Positions 50,848 through 59,202 of a stretch of 64,000 nt of DNA are shown here, in pieces. A program made the translations under genes and the position numbers. Position 1 is the first letter of the stretch. Each line of letters starts with the position of its first letter. The notes below the pieces were generated by a model. That model had not been told where the DNA came from. It ran no database searches and saw nothing but the letters and a program-made list of their open reading frames with translations. Source of the stretch: Sedimentisphaerales bacterium (GTDB lineage Bacteria; Planctomycetota; Phycisphaerae; Sedimentisphaerales; SM23-30); NCBI GenBank assembly GCA_963663805.2, contig CAXXMR010000014.1:64001-128000 (forward strand). Direction: 5' to 3'.

Positions 50848-52416
50848 ATGACAGATAAAAAATGTCGGGTTAAACCGTTTGTGTTGATTATTCGGGATGG
50901 CTGGGGCTGGAACCCTAACGAATCGGAATGGCCCAACGACGCCACCCGCATCGCTAATACGCCCGTCGATGACATGCTCCGCAAAGAATACGCCAACTGC
51001 CTTATCGGCACCTCCGGCGAAAGCGTAGGCCTGCCGGACGACACCATGGGCAACAGCGAAGTCGGCCATCAGAACATGGGGGCAGGCAGAACTGTTTATC
51101 AGGAATCCATGCGGCTGACCAAGATGATTCGTGAGGGCGAATTCTTCAAAAACGAGACTCTCCTCAACGCCATCAATCACTGCAAAAAAAATAACTCTAA
51201 AATCCACCTGCTCGGGCTCGTCTCTGACGCCGGCGTACATTCACTGCTCGGCCACCTCTACGCCCTGCTCCAAATGTCAAAAAATGAAGGGCTCGATCGC
51301 GTCTATCTCCACGCCTTCACCGACGGACGCGACACCCCGCCCCAAAGCGGCAAAGGATATATCCAGACCGTGCAGGATAAAATGAAAGAGCTGGGCATCG
51401 GGCAGATAGCTTCTGTCATGGGACGTTTCTGGGCCATGGACCGCGACCAGAGATGGGACCGCGTCGAAAAAGCATTCAACGCCTTGCGTAATGGCAAAGG
51501 ACAGAAAGCAGCCGATGCCGTCGCCGCCATGCAAGCGAGCTACGACACGGAAAAAACTGATGAATTCGTCGAACCGACTCTTATTACCGATGCGAACGGT
51601 CAGCCAAAAGCAATTATCGAAGACGGCGACGCGGTTATCTTTTTCAATTTCCGCGGCGACAGACCCCGCGAAATTACCAGAGCATTCGTTGACCCTGAGT
51701 TCAAAGGTTTCGACCGCGGCCAACTGCCCAAACTATACTACGTCTGCCTCACCCAGTATGACAAAACCATCCCCGCCCCAATAGCTTTCCCCAAACCGCC
51801 CAAGATGGTCAACATCGCTGGCCAATACTGGTCAAACCTCGGACTTAAACAGTTCCGCTGTGCCGAAACTGAAAAATACGCTCATGTAACCTTCTTCTTC
51901 AATGACTACACCGAAGAGCCCTTCCCCGGCGAAGAGCGGCAGATTATCCCTTCGCCCAAGGTGGCCACCTACGACGAAAAACCCGAAATGTCCGCTGCGG
52001 AAGTAACCGACACCGTCCTGAAAAAACTCGATACTAACCAGTGTGACATAATGGTCATTAACTTCGCTAACCCTGACATGGTCGGCCACACCGGTATCAT
52101 GGCAGCAGCCGTCAAAGCCGCTGAAACCGTAGATGCCTGCGTCGGCAAAATCCTCGACAAAGTAAAACAGATGGGCGGCTCGGCACTCATTACTGCGGAC
52201 CACGGCAATCTCGAAAGAATGGTAGACCCCATAACCGGTGCGCCTTTCACTTCTCACACCATCTTCCCGGTACCCATTATAGTCTTCGACCAGGAATATA
52301 AAAACTGCCAACTTCGGCAGGATGGCATACTTGCTGATGTCGTCCCCACTGCTCTGGAACTGATGGAGATTCCGATTCCCGCAGAAATGACCGGCAAGTC
52401 ACTTATCATCAAATAA
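50848..52416 (+). CDS. gpmI: 2,3-bisphosphoglycerate-independent phosphoglycerate mutase
   Basis: IRDGWG, MGNSEVGH, TDGRDT, GRFWAMDRD, NFRGDR, AETEKYAHVTFF, NFANPDMVGHTG, TADHGN. Confidence 0.96.
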   Translation: MTDKKCRVKPFVLIIRDGWGWNPNESEWPNDATRIANTPVDDMLRKEYANCLIGTSGESVGLPDDTMGNSEVGHQNMGAGRTVYQESMRLTKMIREGEFFKNETLLNAINHCKKNNSKIHLLGLVSDAGVHSLLGHLYALLQMSKNEGLDRVYLHAFTDGRDTPPQSGKGYIQTVQDKMKELGIGQIASVMGRFWAMDRDQRWDRVEKAFNALRNGKGQKAADAVAAMQASYDTEKTDEFVEPTLITDANGQPKAIIEDGDAVIFFNFRGDRPREITRAFVDPEFKGFDRGQLPKLYYVCLTQYDKTIPAPIAFPKPPKMVNIAGQYWSNLGLKQFRCAETEKYAHVTFFFNDYTEEPFPGEERQIIPSPKVATYDEKPEMSAAEVTDTVLKKLDTNQCDIMVINFANPDMVGHTGIMAAAVKAAETVDACVGKILDKVKQMGGSALITADHGNLERMVDPITGAPFTSHTIFPVPIIVFDQEYKNCQLRQDGILADVVPTALELMEIPIPAEMTGKSLIIK

Positions 52417-52443
52417 GTTCTGAATCACCCCAAAATGTAACGC

Positions 52444-52477
52444 GGCGTCTTGATGAATGTCAGGACGCCGTTTTTTT
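52444..52477 (+). terminator. Rho-independent terminator
   Basis: cggcgtcttga-loop-tcaggacgccg + T-run. Confidence 0.75.
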
Positions 52478-53108
52478 ATCCCAGCCAGGCCCACGCCGCG
52501 TCTATCAGGAACCATATTCCAAAACCAGCCATCGCGGCGGCACAAATACGCAATATCACGCTTTGGGCACGTGGGGAAGTCAGCTTCGAACCCTTAAAGG
52601 CCGCGTAAGACAATATCTCCAGCCACACCAAATCGCACAGCCAGTGTACAACCGTGAATATCAAAAACGCGGCCATACCCAGCTTCCATGCCTGACCCGC
52701 CAGCGCCAAACCAATCGTCGCCCACCACAACAGAAAATATGGATTCGTTATGGAAATTACCATCCCCGTCCAGACCGCTTCTTTCCGTCCCAGCTCTTTT
52801 GCTTTTTGACCGCCGATTCCAGACCCGCCCCGTAAACCAGCCCACCCCATCCAAAGCAACACCACACCGCCGGCTAAGCCAATGCCGATTCGAACGCTTT
52901 CCATTTCCAGAAACCGCCCCACTCCGCCGATTATCAAAAACATCAATGGAAATTCAATAATGCCGTGCCCCAAAGCCAGAAAAAAACCCGCATGACGATG
53001 ACGCAAACCCGATGCAATCGTTACCGTTGTAACTACCCCGGGTGCCATCGCCCCAGAAAGGGAAATAAGAATCACCCTGATAATAAAAACCGTTAATACC
53101 ATAATCAC
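52476..53108 (-). CDS. LysE-family translocator
   Basis: SLSGAMAPG, GHGIIE, ITNPYFLLWWATIG, HWLCDLVW. Confidence 0.85.
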   Translation of the reverse strand: MIMVLTVFIIRVILISLSGAMAPGVVTTVTIASGLRHRHAGFFLALGHGIIEFPLMFLIIGGVGRFLEMESVRIGIGLAGGVVLLWMGWAGLRGGSGIGGQKAKELGRKEAVWTGMVISITNPYFLLWWATIGLALAGQAWKLGMAAFLIFTVVHWLCDLVWLEILSYAAFKGSKLTSPRAQSVILRICAAAMAGFGIWFLIDAAWAWLG

Positions 53109-53318
53109 AAATTATATCTGCGCCACCCCAGCAGACAAGCGAGAACCGGCAGCTATTACCCTTAAATGACTACAATAAACCGTAAAAGCATAACCGTTCA
53201 AAGTTCTTACTGTTAAAAACCCCCGAATGGGTCAGAAAAACGCATAGACGGGCAGTGAAACTCCCCGGACGATTTAAAAAACACCTATGAATGGCTACGA
53301 ACAAGAAAACAATAGAAC

Positions 53319-53771
53319 CTAATCCATATCGTCACCGAAATCGTCATCGTCATCAGCCTCTTTACCCAATTCTTCCAGCGAAATTGGCTCAGCAACCTTG
53401 CGATAACCCAATGCCAGAGCGATTTCCAACACCTCAGTAAAACTTGGAAATGGTTTGCGGTTTACTTTTTTATATTCCTCGATGGCCTTGAGAAACTCAA
53501 ATTGCTCATCATTCATCTCCCCTTCTTCAGCCGCCCGCCGCGCATCGGTACGCCTTCGGCCCGGCCCACGCCGGCGGTCCCAGTTCTGACGACGTTCCAC
53601 CCCGGAACGCTGCTCCACAAACTCACTGCCGTCAAACTCGTTCCGCCTGTCCATACCGCAGCGACGTTCGCGGCGGTCCTGCCGGCGGTCATCCTTACGA
53701 CGATCTTCGGTAACCGTACCCAATGACTCTTCGTCGGTCGGCACTTCGTTTTCGCTAGGTTTATCAGCCAT
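53319..53771 (-). CDS. Hypothetical protein with repeated (D/E)RR motifs
   Basis: EDRR.DDRR.DRRERR..DRR..QRSGVERR..DRRRGPGRRR, then AEEGEM.DEQFEFL.AI..YK..NRKPFP..TEVL. Confidence 0.75.
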   Translation of the reverse strand: MADKPSENEVPTDEESLGTVTEDRRKDDRRQDRRERRCGMDRRNEFDGSEFVEQRSGVERRQNWDRRRGPGRRRTDARRAAEEGEMNDEQFEFLKAIEEYKKVNRKPFPSFTEVLEIALALGYRKVAEPISLEELGKEADDDDDFGDDMD

Positions 53772-54151
53772 TAGAATTCCTCTTCTTCTTCTTCATAAAT
53801 CACAAAATCGTCGCTTTCCAGGTCCAATTCCTCGAAATCAGCGAACTCATCTTCATCATCGTCGTAATCAGAATCGTCTTCCTCAAACTCCTCGATTATC
53901 TCATCATGAATATCGCTGCGACGCTCGATTATCTCTCCAGCTTCGGTCAGGGCCTCCTGAGGAACCATTACCGCCAGACCGTCACGCAGCAGCTCCGGGT
54001 CCAAATCCTCCTCGGCCTCATACTGAATTTTCACCGGAATATCATGGTCTTCCAGCAAGGCCCGATAAGATTCTGCCTCATTGCGGTCATGAGCAAACAC
54101 CACCGGCACAAATTCCTCTATTTCATGGTTCGAGTCCTGTTCTGCACTCAT
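53771..54151 (-). CDS. Hypothetical acidic protein (DUF2007-like N-terminus, Asp/Glu tail)
   Basis: EAESYRALLEDHDIP..V.VP.E..EA..II followed by ~40 residues dominated by D/E. Confidence 0.65.
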   Translation of the reverse strand: MSAEQDSNHEIEEFVPVVFAHDRNEAESYRALLEDHDIPVKIQYEAEEDLDPELLRDGLAVMVPQEALTEAGEIIERRSDIHDEIIEEFEEDDSDYDDDEDEFADFEELDLESDDFVIYEEEEEEF

Positions 54152-54761
54152 AAAAAACCTCACGTAAACAACTTTATCACTATCAGTTGCTCATTAAATG
54201 AGCTTCACATCCTTCCTGGCCCAGCCTGCCGCTATTATGAAAGCGACTGGCCCAGAGCAAAATCATGCCATCTGCCTGACAAACTTATCCTACCTCTAGT
54301 ATTCACTCTAGTCGGCTATTCTGGCAAGTAAAGTTACAAAAATTCGGACCTTTTTTAGCAAAAAATCTCAAAAATGTATAAAAAAAACCGCAAAAAGCTT
54401 TTTGGGTAAATTAGGGCCAACCTTTTATCCCGTTCATACCACCTAACTAACCCGTCCAGAACCTCTCGAAACCCCGTAAACCACCAAAAATCACAATTTA
54501 ATATACTATTAATCAATCATACACACCCCATTTTTACCGCCCGCCAGATTGCCTGCAATAACCTATTTAGAGGCATTTTACGGCACAGGGAACAAAATAT
54601 TTGCCTTAACAGGGCGTTTCAGGCACTTTTTTTGAAATTTTTTTGGGTTTTTTGTTGCATAACTACCCGCCGCGCTCAACAATTACGGCGTAATATTCAC
54701 CGTGAGTATTACATAATTAGTTCTTTGTCACTTTTCATGATTCATGGAGGACACACAGGAT

Positions 54762-55004
54762 ATGGCTAAGAAGAAAAAAGCAGCCGCCAAGAAAAAGGTA
54801 ACCAAAAAAACCGCCAAGAAGGCCAGCAACAAGGAAGTATTGGTCGTCGCCAGCAAGATCAAAGCCTACATCCGCTCCAAGGGCTGCATGTGCAGTGCTG
54901 AAGCGATTCAGGCTATCTCTGACAGCGTCTACTGCACCCTCGACAAAGCCGTCGAACGGGCCGGCGCAAACCGTCGCGCCACGGTCAAGGCTCAGGACTT
55001 CTAA
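54762..55004 (+). CDS. Bacterial histone-fold protein with Lys-rich N-terminal tail (80 aa)
   Basis: EVLVVASKIKAYIRSKG..SAEAI..IS..V...LDKAVERA.AN.R.TVKAQD, including the histone RxTxxxxD motif; AGGA/GGAGG upstream. Confidence 0.85.
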   Translation: MAKKKKAAAKKKVTKKTAKKASNKEVLVVASKIKAYIRSKGCMCSAEAIQAISDSVYCTLDKAVERAGANRRATVKAQDF

Positions 55005-55048
55005 AAGGCACAGCAAGTATACTTCGCCGCGAAAGGATGAGTATACCA

Positions 55049-55087
55049 CAGGCCCCAGCTCCAATAGGAACCGGGGCCTGTTTTTTA
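55049..55087 (+). terminator. Rho-independent terminator after the histone gene
   Basis: caggcccc ... ggggcctg + T-run. Confidence 0.8.
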
Positions 55088-55118
55088 TTATCAACACCGA
55101 TAACTCTACCAACAACAA

Positions 55119-55151
55119 AAGCCGAGCCGCGTAAGAGACCGGATAATTAAA
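55119..55151 (+). repeat. REP-like palindrome, second subtype, copy 2
   Basis: aagccgagccgcgtaagagaccggataattaaa. Confidence 0.65.
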
Positions 55152-55217
55152 CAACCCCTGCCCAAGGCAGGCACCATGCCGTTAATCTGATTTCTGATTC
55201 CTTGAAATTATTACAAA

Positions 55218-56285
55218 TCACGGACAATAATCACGAGCAGCCGGATGACTTATCAGATACTCGCTTACCAGCTTGATGGTATTATCCAGGTCGTCCAGAC
55301 TAATCACTTCCACCGGGGTGTGCATATAGCGGTTCGGAATGCTCACCAAAGCCGTCGCGGTCCCGCCCCGGCTGAGCTGCATAGCGTTGGCATCGGTACC
55401 GGTACCTCGCGGCTGAGCTGAAATCTGATAGGGAATCTTCATTTTTTTCGCCGTCTTCAATAATTCCCGCTCCAGAATCGGGTTAATATTAGGTCCGCGA
55501 TGCAGATTAGGCCCACCGCCGACTTTCACTTCGCCGGTCTTTTTCGGGTCCGTTTCCGGGTGGTCAGAAGAAAAATTGACATCAAACGCAATACCCGCCT
55601 GCGGATTAACGCTGTAACTGGAAGTAATCGCACCCCGCAAACCGACTTCTTCCTGAACAGTCGCCACACCCACAACCCGAACCTTCAGTTCTTTTTTCCG
55701 ACGTGCCAGTTCACGCATAACCTCAGCGACTACAAAAGCGCCCGCCTTGTCATCCGTCGCCCGCGAGACAACTTTATTGCCGTGGAGCCGCCGATATGCA
55801 ACATCTATCACCATCGGGTCACCAACCGAAACACGTTTGAGTGCGTCTTTTTTGTTATCGGCACCTATATCGACCCAGATATTTTCCATCTTGACCGCTT
55901 TGCCCCGCTCATCGGGTTCCATTAAATGTATCGCCTTACGGCCAATCACGCCGAAAACCTCGCCCTTTTCGGTCATAATCTTCACCCGCTGGCCCGTCAG
56001 CAATCCCGCGTCCATCCCGCCGATTTGGGCGGTATAAACATAACCTTTATCATCAACGTGCGTAACCATCAGCCCAATTTCGTCGATATGACCAGCCAGC
56101 ATGAACGTAAACTTCGCTTTCGGATTCAGCACCGAGATACTATTGCCGTGCACATCGCCAAACAGTTCATCAACCTTACCCTTGAGATGATTACGCCAGA
56201 TCGCCGCCGCCGGCTGTTCAAAACCCGAAGGACTGGCCGCGTTCAACATCTCCTCCAAAAAATTCTCTGCGTCTTTTCGCATCAT
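55218..56285 (-). CDS. M42-family aminopeptidase
   Basis: SPSGFE, AGHIDEIG, DIGAD, DDKAG, TVQEEVGLRGA, TGTDA, PNRYMHTPVE. Confidence 0.92.
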   Translation of the reverse strand: MMRKDAENFLEEMLNAASPSGFEQPAAAIWRNHLKGKVDELFGDVHGNSISVLNPKAKFTFMLAGHIDEIGLMVTHVDDKGYVYTAQIGGMDAGLLTGQRVKIMTEKGEVFGVIGRKAIHLMEPDERGKAVKMENIWVDIGADNKKDALKRVSVGDPMVIDVAYRRLHGNKVVSRATDDKAGAFVVAEVMRELARRKKELKVRVVGVATVQEEVGLRGAITSSYSVNPQAGIAFDVNFSSDHPETDPKKTGEVKVGGGPNLHRGPNINPILERELLKTAKKMKIPYQISAQPRGTGTDANAMQLSRGGTATALVSIPNRYMHTPVEVISLDDLDNTIKLVSEYLISHPAARDYCP

Positions 56286-56415
56286 TATATCTCCTGAAAT
56301 ATAGGAATTCAATAGCCCTAAAACCATATTTCCACAGTAGCCGCTTCATAGCGACTATACGAAATTTATACCACAATCCAAGGCCGTTGCCAATTTACTA
56401 ATCATACCCATAAAC

Positions 56416-56463
56416 AAAAAAACAGGGCTGGTCCATACTGGCATCTGCCATCGGACCAGCCCC
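56416..56463 (-). terminator. Terminator of the pilin gene
   Basis: gggctggtcc..ggaccagccc stem with A7 on +. Confidence 0.75.
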
Positions 56464-56549
56464 GTAAATTACATCATATATCCCGGACCCCAGAGGTCAA
56501 ACAACCTCGTTGCCCGCATTAGGCCTGTTGGGGTGAACATGCCCAATCT

Positions 56550-57083
56550 TTAGAACTCGTCATACGTACCGCCGGAAACCGCGGATTCGTCAGTATTGGC
56601 GATAATTTCACCGGTAACCGTGCTGTACTTCCAACCTGTACCATCAGTCAAAGCCGCCGCCAAGGCACCAGCATCGGTCGTAACCGTTACATCAGCGTTG
56701 CCCGCCAATGTGCCGACCGACAATTCCGGGAACGTGCCGCGAATATACGGGCCGTAAGGATAGCTGTCAGATTTCGTCGCGGATACTTCGCCCGCGGCAT
56801 TGCTGTACATCGTCAACTGGTTCGTGAAGGCATCCGCTGAACCGGCAGCACCAAAAGAACCACCAGCCAACTTAACACCCGGAAAAGTGCTGTAATGCTC
56901 GCCATAGTACCAGTCAATCGCGTTACGCAGAGTTTGCAGATTAGCACGCAAAGCCGCTTCACCGGCGTTGCGACTGCCGGAACTGATACGCGGAATTGCT
57001 ATCGCGGCGATAATACCCAGAATAACAATAACAATAACCAACTCGACCAGACTGAATCCTTTTCTCTTTTCGCTACCAAACAT
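56550..57083 (-). CDS. Major pilin/pseudopilin (GspG/PilA-like)
   Basis: KRKG|FSLVELVIVIVILGIIAAIAIPR class III signal; LQTLRNAIDWY. Confidence 0.88.
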   Translation of the reverse strand: MFGSEKRKGFSLVELVIVIVILGIIAAIAIPRISSGSRNAGEAALRANLQTLRNAIDWYYGEHYSTFPGVKLAGGSFGAAGSADAFTNQLTMYSNAAGEVSATKSDSYPYGPYIRGTFPELSVGTLAGNADVTVTTDAGALAAALTDGTGWKYSTVTGEIIANTDESAVSGGTYDEF

Positions 57084-57293
57084 GTCTTACTCCTTCCCCA
57101 ACAGGGTTTTTACTCGGCCCACACCTGTGGGCCATTAAATATACGTTTTTTCCTTAGACTATAAGTCTCTCAGCATTAATAAAATCGGACAACACTTAAC
57201 CACGCTTTATTAACACTTGCGAAAAAACAATCTAATAATGCCATAAAGTCGCTTTTCACGTCCCGCTATCCGCACAACCGTTACAAACCGAAC

Positions 57294-57878
57294 TCATTTC
57301 ACCCATTCCGGCCCTTTATCAAGCGACACTATTACTCGCATTTCCCCCTTTTCCAGCACCACGCTTGATTCTCGGACCTCAACCAAACGGTAATTACCGA
57401 TGCTCTCATCAGGGAATACCACCCGACCGCTCAGCAAAGCGCAACTGCCTCCCGAACGCTGTAAAATCGAACTCAGTTCCGGTAAATCCCGCCCCGGATC
57501 AACCTTAACTTCAACCTCTGCCTTTTCTTCAATCACCACCGGGGGGCGACTCTGCGCGATAAACGCCGCCGAGGGTAAAAATACATCACGCTTAACCGCC
57601 GGGGCAATCACCGACGCTTCAAATGCCAATTCCGCAGCCGAGGACTCAACCAAAGCATCTATATTAGCTGATACCCACACCGGCTCCCCCTGGTCAGGCC
57701 CGTGCGAAACCAAAGGTGTTTTCGAATTCGATAAACTGCTCCGCCCGGACGGTTTCGAGGACGCCGCCTGAGATTTCTGCGGCCCGCTCACGCCCCCCGT
57801 ACCCGAACTCTTATCCCAGAACAGCACCCCCACCGCTAAAGCCAGCACACCTAAATATATCAAACGCGTCCGTGACAT
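57294..57878 (-). CDS. Pilus/T2SS accessory membrane protein (PilP/GspC-like position)
   Basis: N-terminal TM, RDVF.P, C-terminal LSSIL..ALLSGRVV..DESIGNYRLVEV beta domain. Confidence 0.55.
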   Translation of the reverse strand: MSRTRLIYLGVLALAVGVLFWDKSSGTGGVSGPQKSQAASSKPSGRSSLSNSKTPLVSHGPDQGEPVWVSANIDALVESSAAELAFEASVIAPAVKRDVFLPSAAFIAQSRPPVVIEEKAEVEVKVDPGRDLPELSSILQRSGGSCALLSGRVVFPDESIGNYRLVEVRESSVVLEKGEMRVIVSLDKGPEWVK

Positions 57879-57880
57879 AA

Positions 57881-58429
57881 TCACCTCGGAAAAAATACAT
57901 GCAAATCTATATATGCCCTGCACAACGCACCGCCCCCCTGCGGACTATTCTCGATTGTCATGCTCAAAACCCGCACATAAGGCAGTTTGTCCTGCAAAGC
58001 CTTCACAAAACCTTGCATATGAGGAAAATCACCGGCCAACTGTAAAGTCAGCACCGTATGACTGAAATACTCCGAACGCTCAACCTCACCCGGCGTAAGC
58101 TCATTCAGTACCAGGCCCGTAGCATCCGCCAGAATACCCAGACGCCTCACAATCTCCGACATACCGGGATTGCCCCGCAGAACATCCGGCGTACGACTCA
58201 GCCTCTCGGCCAATAACTTTTGTTGTTTAGCCACTTCTTCCAGACGCTTCAGCTCACCCGCTGAACTCTGCTGCTGATTCAGGGCTGAATCGCAGTCGGT
58301 ATTACGCTGAGCAATAGCATCATCCAAAGGACGCAAAGCACCCAGAAAAGTGCCCGCCGCCAAAACCGCCAGCACCCCGATACCATAAAGGTCAACATCA
58401 AATATTTTAGGTTTATTCAATAATAACAT
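57881..58429 (-). CDS. PilO/GspM-like protein
   Basis: TM, coiled coil and L.LAGDF..M.GFV..L; position in operon. Confidence 0.65.
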   Translation of the reverse strand: MLLLNKPKIFDVDLYGIGVLAVLAAGTFLGALRPLDDAIAQRNTDCDSALNQQQSSAGELKRLEEVAKQQKLLAERLSRTPDVLRGNPGMSEIVRRLGILADATGLVLNELTPGEVERSEYFSHTVLTLQLAGDFPHMQGFVKALQDKLPYVRVLSMTIENSPQGGGALCRAYIDLHVFFPR

Positions 58430-58455
58430 TGTCAATCACTCTTCCGCTAACCAAA

Positions 58456-59202
58456 TTACCAGTGCCCAATTTCTTCCGCAGCCGCCGTCGTCATGCCGTC
58501 GCCCATCAGACTATTCGGTATCAAAATACACTTCACCGAAAACTCCAGCACCATGGGCCGAGCGTCATTACGCGAAGTACTGGTCAACTGTATATCCGCA
58601 AACATATTCGTCCCCCGCAAAGCCTGAAGCAAATCCGCTACCACCTGATGCTTCGTCGTCAACCCCTTTATTTCCAGCGTAAACAGACTTTCAGTTATAT
58701 CTGTCGGTTTCTTTTCTTCTTTCTTCTCGCCTTCCTGGCCCGGTTCACCCGAAAGGGCCGCGTTACGCAAAACAAACATCTGAGCCATTTTCGGCAAGTT
58801 TGGCATCTCCGCCTGACCGCCCTCTTCCTCCTCTACCAAAGGCCCCAGCTGCATCGACTGAACCCAGACCAGCTCCGGACACCGACGCACAACTTCCTCA
58901 ACAATCGTATTCGCACCCGGATAGGCACTTAGCCTTTCCTGAAGGGCCAACCGACTTTTCCATCTCAGCAACTGATTCTCCGCGGTCGCCAAAGAAGATA
59001 TGTTTTTGTCAAGCTGCTGAAATTTCTCATTCGCTTCCCGATACGAACGGTCCGCGTTCAGATACGCCGCGTACTTAACTGTTATGCTCCCCAGACACAA
59101 CAGCAGCATCACCACCCCCCCCCCAATCGTCCAGAGACGCTTCCGCTTCCGCCGAATACCGTCCAGCCGAAATTCCTGCGGTATCAGATTTACCGTACTC
59201 AT
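58456..59202 (-). CDS. PilN-like protein
   Basis: VNLIP N-terminal motif, TM, coiled coil, VWVQSM, IKG..VADLL.AL..F. Confidence 0.72.
   Translation of the reverse strand: MSTVNLIPQEFRLDGIRRKRKRLWTIGGGVVMLLLCLGSITVKYAAYLNADRSYREANEKFQQLDKNISSLATAENQLLRWKSRLALQERLSAYPGANTIVEEVVRRCPELVWVQSMQLGPLVEEEEGGQAEMPNLPKMAQMFVLRNAALSGEPGQEGEKKEEKKPTDITESLFTLEIKGLTTKHQVVADLLQALRGTNMFADIQLTSTSRNDARPMVLEFSVKCILIPNSLMGDGMTTAAAEEIGHW

Noticed and set aside
54690..54712. Palindrome gtaatattcac-c-gtgagtattac upstream of the histone gene
   Set aside because: A single short instance; cannot distinguish operator, 5' hairpin or chance without homologues.
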